DNA from: a virus
Virus record (IMG/VR): IMGVR_UViG_3300046323_000673
Coordinates: 19,861-83,860 of that record
Reading direction: 5' to 3' (one strand)
Length of the DNA: 64,000 bases
The position numbers and the translations under genes are program-made. Of this stretch, positions 28,793-37,393 are shown piece by piece (within the stretch, counting starts at the first letter, position 1; the number at the start of each line of letters is the position of its first letter). The notes below the pieces were generated by a model. It was not told the DNA's origin and searched no databases. It saw nothing but the letters and a program-made list of their open reading frames with translations.

Positions 28793-29596
28793 ATGCCGCT
28801 CGTGCAGATCAAGATCGACCAAGCAGGTAAACCAGCGGGCCTTCCCGGCGTCGCACGTGAAGATCTCGACGTCAGCGTCGATGTCGTCTTGAGCGCGGTT
28901 GGCGGACCCTTCAGGCAGTGGCGATGGTCGGTCATCGATCAAGCACTCGAGTTCGAAACCGACTCGCTTGGAACAGCCGCGATCGTTTCACCGTCTTCGA
29001 GCACGACCGTGCTGTCTCCCATCGATGCGTCGGGGACTTACTTGGTGCAGCTTGAGATCGATAGCGGCTCGGGACTCGGGGCGACGGCTGATGACATCGT
29101 GCGCATCACATTTTACGCGGGCGTACCGCTTGCGATCGAACCAGACGAACTTCCGCAACGCATCCCCGCGGCGCGTGAATACACGGAGCACAACGTCCCG
29201 AATGCGGCCTACCCGCTCGGGAACGTAATCGGTTGGGCCTACACGATCGGCAAGTGGCTTAATGGGGTCGCGCGACGGCTTTATCGAGTTGCGCCCCGTG
29301 CGGGCATTCGCATAACAACCGCAAGTGCAGGGCCTACCGTTTCGGTTGTGCGTCAGTTCTACATGTTGATCCCCACGTTCAACGGCACGACGTACACGTG
29401 CACGATTGATCCGCCATTCCCCAACGCGTTTTATGGGGTATCGATTACGCCACACGAAAGTGTGGATTATGGGCACCCTAAAACGTGGGCGGTGAACGTG
29501 GTAAGTTCGTCCGTGTTCGAGGTCGTGTTTTACGACAACGCGGATGCACCAACGGGCGCGGACTTCACTGCGTTCGTCGGCCTTGGGGATAGCTGA
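28793..29596 (+). CDS. putative tail/baseplate-associated protein
   Basis: Ig/PKD-like N-terminus (GTYLVQLEID), beta-rich C-terminus. Confidence 0.55.
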   Translation: MPLVQIKIDQAGKPAGLPGVAREDLDVSVDVVLSAVGGPFRQWRWSVIDQALEFETDSLGTAAIVSPSSSTTVLSPIDASGTYLVQLEIDSGSGLGATADDIVRITFYAGVPLAIEPDELPQRIPAAREYTEHNVPNAAYPLGNVIGWAYTIGKWLNGVARRLYRVAPRAGIRITTASAGPTVSVVRQFYMLIPTFNGTTYTCTIDPPFPNAFYGVSITPHESVDYGHPKTWAVNVVSSSVFEVVFYDNADAPTGADFTAFVGLGDS

Positions 29597-30465
29597 TGCT
29601 GGGCCTTGGTTGGGGCTCTAGCGGGTGGGGGGCTAGTGGTTGGGGTGCGCCTACCCTTGCCGATGCACTCACGATTCTATCGGCGGTTGCGGTCCGGGAA
29701 AACTGCGTGCGTCTCACGTTCAATTTGATCCTCGCGTACACCGACGTGCGAGGACTTGTCGACGCGGCCGATCCTGATAACTACGTGTTCGAACCTGTGG
29801 AAGGCACGATCGGCGAAGATGGTTTGCCCCCCCGGCCTGTGTTTCCCGTGCTTGTCGAACAAGTCAAACGACCCGACGTGAATGGTAAATCGATCGACGT
29901 GTGGCTTGATCGACGATTGTCACCATATCCCGCGCAATATCGTGTTCGTTGCGTGCGTTCAGTTGCCGCAAATGGCGCTGCACTTTCAAGCATGATTGCC
30001 GTGTTTCACGGCGTAACGTGGGCACCTCCCACGCCGGAAAACGCAACCACGCCCGCAACCGACATCGCGAATCCCGGATATGAATCAGCATCGATCCCGG
30101 GTTCAACGCAGATCTTGGGCGTGTATCCAACGACGTCCCAAGGCGACTACGCGACGGATCAAGGACTCGTTTCGTACAAGAAACGCATCTTTCGCCGGCT
30201 CACGACAAGGCGTGGACGATTCGCGCATTTGCCAAATTACGGCGTAGGGTTGCTTGACCAGATCAAACGCCTCGCCAAACCTTCGATCAAACAGACGATC
30301 GCGGCGCAAGCAGAGGCGCAAATACGCGAGGAACCTGAAACACTCGACGTGCGCGTGACAATCACGAGCGACGCAAACACACCGGGACTCTTCCGATTCC
30401 GCGTGCAGGCGCGAACAAGTGTGTTCGGTACGGTAAACCTCGACATTCCCGTATCAACTGCGTGA
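29596..30465 (+). CDS. baseplate wedge protein with gp25/gpW-like C-terminal domain
   Basis: RRLTTRRG..HLPNYGVGL...EEPE motif. Confidence 0.75.
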   Translation: MLGLGWGSSGWGASGWGAPTLADALTILSAVAVRENCVRLTFNLILAYTDVRGLVDAADPDNYVFEPVEGTIGEDGLPPRPVFPVLVEQVKRPDVNGKSIDVWLDRRLSPYPAQYRVRCVRSVAANGAALSSMIAVFHGVTWAPPTPENATTPATDIANPGYESASIPGSTQILGVYPTTSQGDYATDQGLVSYKKRIFRRLTTRRGRFAHLPNYGVGLLDQIKRLAKPSIKQTIAAQAEAQIREEPETLDVRVTITSDANTPGLFRFRVQARTSVFGTVNLDIPVSTA

Positions 30466-30475
30466 TTATTGCCGG

Positions 30476-31582
30476 GTGGATACCCCTACCCGCTTCGACC
30501 TCTACCAGATTGGCCGTGAGTATCTGCTCACGTACGCGACAAACATTCAGCGCAACGTGGTTGACACTGAAGGGTCGGATGCGAACCTGTTCGTCGGGGC
30601 AACAAGCTTCATGGCGGGCGCGGTATCAACGCAACTTGCCGCTCGATTAGCTGCGCATTTTGCTCGTTCCGCAATTGGTGAAGACCTTGATCGATTGCTT
30701 GTCGATCGGTGGACCCTACCGCGTAAAGGTGCAGCACCCGCAATCGGTTCCGTTCGTTTTTACCGAACATCAGCAGCAGCCGGTGCGGGTACGGTTCTGG
30801 TTGGAACGAAGGTCGGAACGGATGACGGTATCGAGTACGTCACAACAACGCCTGCGCTCTTCAGCACAGGAACGCTTTCGGTTTCCGCTGACGTGCGTGC
30901 AACACGCGCGGGCGATACGCAGCAAGTCGGACGATACCGGCTCGTTCGTATTTATCAACCGGGTGTGATCTTTGACCCGTCGATTCAAGTCATCAACGAC
31001 GAATCCACCGCGGGCGGGGAACCTCGAGAAGATGACGACGACTATCGATTGCGAGGGCAGAACGCACCTGCTTCGCTTGCACGCGGAACGTTACAAGCCA
31101 TTCGTGAGGGTGCGGTATCAACGCCGGGTGTAGCGACTGCAATGGCAACGGAAGCCATCGACGGGGATCTTCGTCCCGCACGCGTTGTGCTTTTATCCAT
31201 CGCGGATGGTTCGGGGTTGGCAAATCGCGCATTAGGAAACGAGGCATTGCGCACCGTTGATGATTATCGCGCGGCGGGAATTGCCGTGATTGCCACGTTA
31301 TCCACGCCGTTTCTGATTGGCGTGCGATTGAAACTCGCGTTCATCGCGGGCGTGTCGACGACGATCCTGAGTGATACCGTTCGGCGTGCGGTGATCGCAT
31401 ACGTGAACAGTTTACCCACGGGCGGCGCGCTCTATCGCTCGAACTTGAACAGCTTGCTTGCGCGGTACCAGGCAAACGGGCTGATACCGAATCAAAGCAG
31501 CATCGTCGAACCAACGGGCGATATCTTCCCGCCGGCGGGGCGAACGATTCGCACGACAAGCGATCTCGTCACGTTGGAGTGA
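30476..31582 (+). CDS. baseplate J-like protein
   Basis: AIGEDLDRL...LPRKGA, GGEPREDDDDYRLR, RGTLQAI. Confidence 0.85.
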   Translation: MDTPTRFDLYQIGREYLLTYATNIQRNVVDTEGSDANLFVGATSFMAGAVSTQLAARLAAHFARSAIGEDLDRLLVDRWTLPRKGAAPAIGSVRFYRTSAAAGAGTVLVGTKVGTDDGIEYVTTTPALFSTGTLSVSADVRATRAGDTQQVGRYRLVRIYQPGVIFDPSIQVINDESTAGGEPREDDDDYRLRGQNAPASLARGTLQAIREGAVSTPGVATAMATEAIDGDLRPARVVLLSIADGSGLANRALGNEALRTVDDYRAAGIAVIATLSTPFLIGVRLKLAFIAGVSTTILSDTVRRAVIAYVNSLPTGGALYRSNLNSLLARYQANGLIPNQSSIVEPTGDIFPPAGRTIRTTSDLVTLE

Positions 31583-31593
31583 TCAAAAGGACA

Positions 31594-31623
31594 AAATCCA
31601 ATTGGATCGATCCAATTGGATTT
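31594..31623. repeat. 30-bp palindrome copy 12 (exact; extends to 36 bp, 31591-31626)
   Basis: Intergenic after baseplate J. Confidence 0.97.
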
Positions 31624-31867
31624 TGTGGGCGCGGCGACGGGACTCAAACCCGCGACTCCGACAACCTTGGGTAAAAGATAACGAAAACTCCAAAGTCGTC
31701 GGCGTACGTCACCTTGATCTGCACCGCGCATACGCATCATGACTCGTCGTCGAAGTACTCGCACGACATATCGTTCGGCGCCGCGTGAGTCATACGTTGT
31801 CGTCGGCGCCGAACGACGTGTCACTTGGGTACCAGGGCGACGCATGCTTTGCGCTAACATCGCCAAC

Positions 31868-33442
31868 ATGGCCGAACTGAAGACAGGACCCATCACCCGC
31901 GCAGAGCTCGAACAGATTTGGAAGAGCGTCACGGACCCCGAGTATTCCCGCGCGTTCATCGACCGGGGTGAAGGACAAGGGTTCGAAGCGCACACGCAAG
32001 CGATGCAGCAGCTCGCGCGCGTATCGACGGGCATTGACCGAACAACGCAAGGGCTCTACGTCAAATCTTGGTCGGGACAAACGTTCGAGCCTGCATCAGG
32101 CGCGCAGTTCTCGACTGTGGATATCACCATCACCCGATCGAAGGAATTCGTTTGGTCGGTTGTGCTTCCCGTCGGAACACGCATTCAAGAGGTAGCGATC
32201 GATTTCGGTCGACTCGGGGGGGAAGAAGTTATCACCGGCCGGGAATACCTCTTCCCGCAAAACACGGGATTCGTCTCAGGGCAACCCGGACCCATCACCA
32301 TTACCGCGATTGCAGATAGGCAAGGTGAAGGTTTCGACAATCCCCTGCCCGGAACGTTGAACCGCATTGCACAGGTCGGTGTTGGGCTCTCCAATTCAGG
32401 CGCGAGCATCGTGCTTGGAACGAGCATTCATTCGATGATTCTCGCAATCGAACCCGACGTGATTACGAATGACCAGATCGGGCAATACGTGCAGTTCATC
32501 GCAGGTGCGAACCAAGGGCAGATCCGCCGCGTCGTGGGTATTATTCCGCCCGATCCGATAACGCCGATCGATGGCGGAACCGCACTGCTTGAAGCAACGC
32601 AAATCTTTCGATTCGCATCAGTGGCCGGAACGTTCATCCCCGGCGAGATACTTTCGCAACCCGCAACGCCCGCGACAAGCATCGTCGTTTTGCAGGGACC
32701 GACCCATTTGATCGCGCAACGGCAAAGCGGGGATATCGTCGCGGGAACGCTTGTGTATGGCGTGCAAAGCGGCGCGGTTGCAGTCTTCGATTCTGTCGAT
32801 CAATCGGGTGACTTGATCGCCGAAACGAACACCGCAACATGGCGGATCATGAGCTGGGGTGAATTCGGGATTGCTGTTACGAACGAGGAACACCCCAACG
32901 GCGGACGTGCAGCCGTGCTTGACGAAATTGGATATGAGCGGATGACGTATCGCGGCACGGGCGAAAGCGACGATGGGTTTCGTAAACGCGTTGCGAACTT
33001 TGCGGACCTCGTGAGTCCCAAGGCGATCACGCGCATTGCGAATCGAATCCTTGTTCCGTACGGATACGAGGCGCATTTGTGCGAGGTGGGGAAGCCGAAC
33101 TTTCGAGGGTTCTTCTACGACGGCGATCCCGTGCAGCAAAACCCAGCAATCGCGTTTGCATACGATCTCGACTTCGCATTGCAACCCGCGCAAAAGCTCA
33201 TGCTCGAACTCGATTACACAGAATTCCGCGCGTTCTTTTTGTTGGGTGTGCCGCGACTTGCGCTTGGTGAATTCGGGTTTGCGTACGATGATGGGATGGT
33301 GAACTTCTACGATGCAGCGCCATACCTATCGTTTTTCGATGGGTTTCCGGCAACTGCATCGACGATTTACCGAACGTTATGGCACGCGGTAAACGGGGCA
33401 AAAGCGGGCGGGGTAGGGTTTGACTTGTCGGTGGATTGCTAA
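31868..33442 (+). CDS. second baseplate wedge protein (J/I-related)
   Basis: LDEIGYER..RGTGESDDGFRKRV motif; C-terminal KAGGV. Confidence 0.65.
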   Translation: MAELKTGPITRAELEQIWKSVTDPEYSRAFIDRGEGQGFEAHTQAMQQLARVSTGIDRTTQGLYVKSWSGQTFEPASGAQFSTVDITITRSKEFVWSVVLPVGTRIQEVAIDFGRLGGEEVITGREYLFPQNTGFVSGQPGPITITAIADRQGEGFDNPLPGTLNRIAQVGVGLSNSGASIVLGTSIHSMILAIEPDVITNDQIGQYVQFIAGANQGQIRRVVGIIPPDPITPIDGGTALLEATQIFRFASVAGTFIPGEILSQPATPATSIVVLQGPTHLIAQRQSGDIVAGTLVYGVQSGAVAVFDSVDQSGDLIAETNTATWRIMSWGEFGIAVTNEEHPNGGRAAVLDEIGYERMTYRGTGESDDGFRKRVANFADLVSPKAITRIANRILVPYGYEAHLCEVGKPNFRGFFYDGDPVQQNPAIAFAYDLDFALQPAQKLMLELDYTEFRAFFLLGVPRLALGEFGFAYDDGMVNFYDAAPYLSFFDGFPATASTIYRTLWHAVNGAKAGGVGFDLSVDC

Positions 33443-33861
33443 CGTTCGCGACGGGGTTTCCAGGGCGGTTCTTCCCCCGGTTCGCCCATTGTTTGAGCGA
33501 GACCGGGGATGGTTCCCGCTGCGCCAAGCACGGCACCAAGAATCGGGTAGTGGGGTAAGTACCCCAGTCGCAGTTTCAAATGGGACCACTTTGGGAACGC
33601 AAACGGTCGTACTTGACGAACCCTAGTCGATGACGATTTGTGCGTACCTGAACACGCGAACCGATGACAAGAATCGTCCGATCCATCGAATGAGTGCTTG
33701 ACCGTTGCAAAGTGGTCAAGTTTCACCGTGACAAACTACTAAACAATGTCCTAGCGCGCGGACAAACACTAGAAAACACTGCGTTTGGTGCTAGATTGGT
33801 CTTACTTGACGTGCACTGAAGAGTCGATTTGTTCGACGCCGGTGCGCTTCGCGAGGGGACC

Positions 33862-34959
33862 ATGTCGAACGTTTTGTCCGACGAGAAGCGTCTTGCCGTT
33901 CTTGCGGCATTGGTGGACGGCAATTCTGAGCGTGCGGTCGAACGCATGACCGACGTTGATCGGAAGACGGTTCGTCGACTTGCGATTGCGTTGGGTGAAG
34001 GTGCGGTCAACCTGCACAATCGTCTCGCGCGTGGGTTGTCGTGCTCTCTTGTCCAAGTCGATGAGATTTGGTCGTACGTGCAGAAGAAGGAAGCTCGCGT
34101 CACTGAGAAGGACGGCCCCGACGTAGGAGAGGCGTACACGTTCGTCGCGTTGGATTCGTCATCGCGGTTTGTCATTGGTTGGCACGTGGGCAAGCGTGAC
34201 CAAGCGTCGACAGACACCTTCATGCAGGACGTGCGTGCGCGGCTCGTTGTTATGCCCGCCATGACGTCGGACGGGTTCGCGCCGTATATCAGTGCGATCG
34301 GTGCGTCGTTCGGTCCTGGCATCGATTACGCGCAAACGATCAAGAATTACGGAAGCAAGGGACGTCGCGAGGGCGGATCGGATCACCGCTACGAGCCCCC
34401 TCGTGACCCGTTCATCACGAAGAAAAGCATCTTCGGCGCTCCGAACCTTGAACGCGCGAGCACGGCCTACGTAGAGCGAAACAACGGGACAATGCGCCAT
34501 CACATTGGACGCATGCGCCGCTTGTGTTTGGCATTTTCCAAGAAACTTCCGAACCATCGCGCGGCAATTGCGTTGGCGTACGTGCACTACAACCTTTGCC
34601 ACGTGGTCTCTACGTTGCGCGTAACGCCCGCGATGGCGGCGCACGTGACGGATCATGTTTGGGATCTTCGGGAGTTACTTGCGGCGTTGCTTGACGCTGC
34701 TCCTTGTGAAGCACCGGAGAAGCAGGTCCTTGCGTCTCGCGTGCCCGAAGTGACGCACCGCGAGCTTCCGAATAATCGCGGCTTTCTTCGGGTCGTGGAC
34801 GGCGGGAAAGCCAAACCTGTAGCGCCTACGCCGATCGCCCCTGTACCCGTTCCAATGGTTGCGACGGTAGCCGAACCCGAAATACCACGGGGGACGCAGC
34901 TCGATCTTTTTGCCTGGAAAACACGTGAAAGACAGCTTTCGCTGTTTCCCGATGCGTAA
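33862..34959 (+). CDS. IS1-family DDE transposase
   Basis: N-terminal HTH; DEIWSYV, TSDG..Y, STAYVERNN..R...R...FSKK motifs. Confidence 0.9.
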   Translation: MSNVLSDEKRLAVLAALVDGNSERAVERMTDVDRKTVRRLAIALGEGAVNLHNRLARGLSCSLVQVDEIWSYVQKKEARVTEKDGPDVGEAYTFVALDSSSRFVIGWHVGKRDQASTDTFMQDVRARLVVMPAMTSDGFAPYISAIGASFGPGIDYAQTIKNYGSKGRREGGSDHRYEPPRDPFITKKSIFGAPNLERASTAYVERNNGTMRHHIGRMRRLCLAFSKKLPNHRAAIALAYVHYNLCHVVSTLRVTPAMAAHVTDHVWDLRELLAALLDAAPCEAPEKQVLASRVPEVTHRELPNNRGFLRVVDGGKAKPVAPTPIAPVPVPMVATVAEPEIPRGTQLDLFAWKTRERQLSLFPDA

Positions 34960-35029
34960 CAAATAGACGTTGCCAATAAACATGGTCTATTGCTTCAATC
35001 ATGTTCATCGATTTTGGGGACGTGTGACA

Positions 35030-35491
35030 ATGAAGCATGAGCGTAACAACTGGCCTCCGTCGTCGGCACAACTCGCGATCATAGACAAGAAGTGGCATCT
35101 GAGCGCAGAGCTACCACTTCCACCTGAAAGCACGTTGATCGAACATGCTTTTTTGATTGCGTGCGGTGTTCGACCAATGGCGTTGGTTTGCGCTATCGGT
35201 AATGATCCGGGAGCCGTGTACTATGTCGCGCTACGGCTTGACAAGTACGCGGTAAACGCTGGCGATAACGTGATCGCGTTTATGGTTCAGGATGATAACG
35301 GCGTCATGCAATGTGGATTTGCCGGTGCACCATGGGTCATCGATATGCTTCGATTTGCATACAGCACAGCCGCTGCGGACCATAAGCACGAGATAATCGG
35401 GCTACTGCTTGGCTACAGTGCCAACGCCATCGACCGTCATGCGTGTTTCAATGCGGGCAAACCCGTAATTAACCCAATAGGTCAAGTTTGA
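35030..35491 (+). CDS. IS passenger, hypothetical protein
   Basis: ORF inside IS; IGLLLGYS motif. Confidence 0.6.
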   Translation: MKHERNNWPPSSAQLAIIDKKWHLSAELPLPPESTLIEHAFLIACGVRPMALVCAIGNDPGAVYYVALRLDKYAVNAGDNVIAFMVQDDNGVMQCGFAGAPWVIDMLRFAYSTAAADHKHEIIGLLLGYSANAIDRHACFNAGKPVINPIGQV

Positions 35492-35867
35492 CCGCATACC
35501 AATCGCATTGGGGGCACATGGTACATCTAGTAAACTCGTCAGATTTTATCAGTCGGACTTCCTTCATGTGGCCACACACGCTCAAATAGCTACCCGTGAA
35601 TGGCACTTTGCCATTAAGCGTTGTCTTATTGGCTATGAGTTCACGAGCATTCTTTTGCACGCTTAGCGATCGCATTACATCATCGCTTTGGCGTGCTGCT
35701 ATTACCATGTGTATCGAATTTGTACTCTCGAACAGTACCGGATTAACGGATATAACTTCGTACGAACCGTTCGTCAGTTCGTCGAGCGTGGCTTTCGCCT
35801 TTTCTAGCGGCACTGTGCGCACTTCCCAAGTGTAGACAGTGTGGAGAGGCAAAGGTTTGTCGGCCAT
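35469..35867 (-). CDS. IS passenger, hypothetical with C-terminal Zn ribbon
   Basis: CGH...CTMCPQC. Confidence 0.55.
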   Translation of the reverse strand: MADKPLPLHTVYTWEVRTVPLEKAKATLDELTNGSYEVISVNPVLFESTNSIHMVIAARQSDDVMRSLSVQKNARELIANKTTLNGKVPFTGSYLSVCGHMKEVRLIKSDEFTRCTMCPQCDWYAVKLDLLG

Positions 35868-36134
35868 GGATCGGATCCCATGGCGAGCGCACGCAACACG
35901 AATCCCTTGACTCGGGACCGTTACCCCTTCATCATCGCACGCATCCGTGACGGGATGGCGGGCGAGTCTGTCGGGGCGAAAGCCGCGCGGCTCGCCCTTC
36001 TACTTTTGTTGTCAACCGCTAAACGTCCAGACAAGCCCAAACGTTCAGCGTGTGAATGGATGGAACACCACGGCGAGCCAGTCAATGGGGCATTGTGTGG
36101 AATTTTCTACGCAATTCTAAGCAATTGGAATTGC

Positions 36135-36392
36135 TCACGAATGCGAGACAAGAGGGGCAGTTGTCGCGTCAATCCGTGCTTCGATCTCGCGTAAACCCTT
36201 CAAGATCTCCCGACGTAGGAACACGCGTGAATGCACGCGTTTATCAGGCGTCGCGGTAGCGTCTTCGACCAACGAACGAAGGTTCGTCACAACGGGACGA
36301 AGCAGATCCGCATAGGCCGCAAGGGCCGCGGGATCGGAAGTCTGGATCGCGGCACGTATCCGCGCGCGTTCCCTCACTCGGGATCGGCTCAT
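36135..36392 (-). CDS. IS passenger, small helical protein
   Basis: GGAGG RBS; ATGA coupling to HTH gene. Confidence 0.55.
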   Translation of the reverse strand: MSRSRVRERARIRAAIQTSDPAALAAYADLLRPVVTNLRSLVEDATATPDKRVHSRVFLRREILKGLREIEARIDATTAPLVSHS

Positions 36393-36733
36393 GCTGCCCT
36401 CCCGATGATCGGCGTCGTGACGACAACCTTCCCGCCTAGAAGGACCTCTACAGGCACCTTTGCCACGGCCGCCAAACGGATCGCGAACGTTCCGGTAGGC
36501 GGGATCCCGTTGGGATTTGCGATGCGTCGAAGCGTCCCGGATGGGATCCCGGTTTGGACGGCGAGACAAGCGAAGCTTCCGAACGCGCGCTTCAACTTAC
36601 GCACGGCGACGCGTACGGCCTTAGTTTCTTCGGGGGATAACTTCAACGCGTCGGAACGACGGCGCTTTGCGGGGGATGTTTTAGACGTGTCGTTTTCTTG
36701 GCCAGCTTCGCTAGGCCAGGATAGATCGAACAT
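36389..36733 (-). CDS. IS passenger, XRE-type HTH regulator
   Basis: LAVQTGIPSGTLRRIAN...AIRLAAVAKVPVEVLL; GAGGT RBS. Confidence 0.75.
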   Translation of the reverse strand: MFDLSWPSEAGQENDTSKTSPAKRRRSDALKLSPEETKAVRVAVRKLKRAFGSFACLAVQTGIPSGTLRRIANPNGIPPTGTFAIRLAAVAKVPVEVLLGGKVVVTTPIIGRAA

Positions 36734-37393
36734 GGGCGTGACCTCGTAGAGCGGGGTTGCGTCAAGTCGCCTCGGAGGGTTTCCAGATCCTTCGGGGCGA
36801 CGCCTTTTCAGGCACGCACATTCTACATCGCCGCAAGTTCGATCGTGTTAAATGGGACCACTATTCATGAAAGTACCCCACTACCAAGAATCGCCATTGT
36901 CGCGATTCTTGCATTTCGATTCACGCGGCGATATGCGGGCGATTGATTCGGGCGATGAACCGTCACCTCCATTTGATCTGAACCTGGCATCGCGGGATCA
37001 ACCCCGGTGATGTATTCGCTCGCAACGGGCGTTCCTTGGGGCGTGCCTTCCTGTTCCTGCACGTCGGTTGTCTTGTGTTCGGCACGCTCGGGAACTGCCA
37101 GTTGCGGCGCGGCAAATTCACCATTCACCCATTCAATGATCTCACGTTCACCATCTGGTAAAACGTACCTAAGTTTGGGCGAATCGTAATACCAGTATAC
37201 GAGACGTCCATCGGGCAACCTTGACTCGTGATGATTGTGCACATTGGCGCAATCATACGCATTGTATTGGCATACAATGCCGGAAGGATGAAGCGCGTGG
37301 CAATATGACGGCTTCTGTTTGGGAAAGTCGGGATGACCCGCGGTGATGGGTTTCCCGTACCATTCCCCAAGTCGAGCATTGTTTCGTTTCGCT

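Larger units (their letters stand above)
33546..36885 (+). mobile_element. IS1-family element with passenger genes (3340 bp)
   Basis: Terminal IR GGTAGTGGGGTA (33546-57; reverse complement 36874-85); 8-bp target duplication AAGAATCG at 33538-45 and 36886-93; subterminal AAATGGGACCACT at 33578 and 36850. Confidence 0.9.

Noticed and set aside
15519-33442. Extracellular contractile injection system or tailocin
   Set aside because: Portal, scaffold, capsid and a full replication module indicate a complete phage
33439-33726. 95-aa minus-strand ORF as an independent gene
   Set aside because: Chimera of the IS left end and the 3' remnant of the interrupted gene
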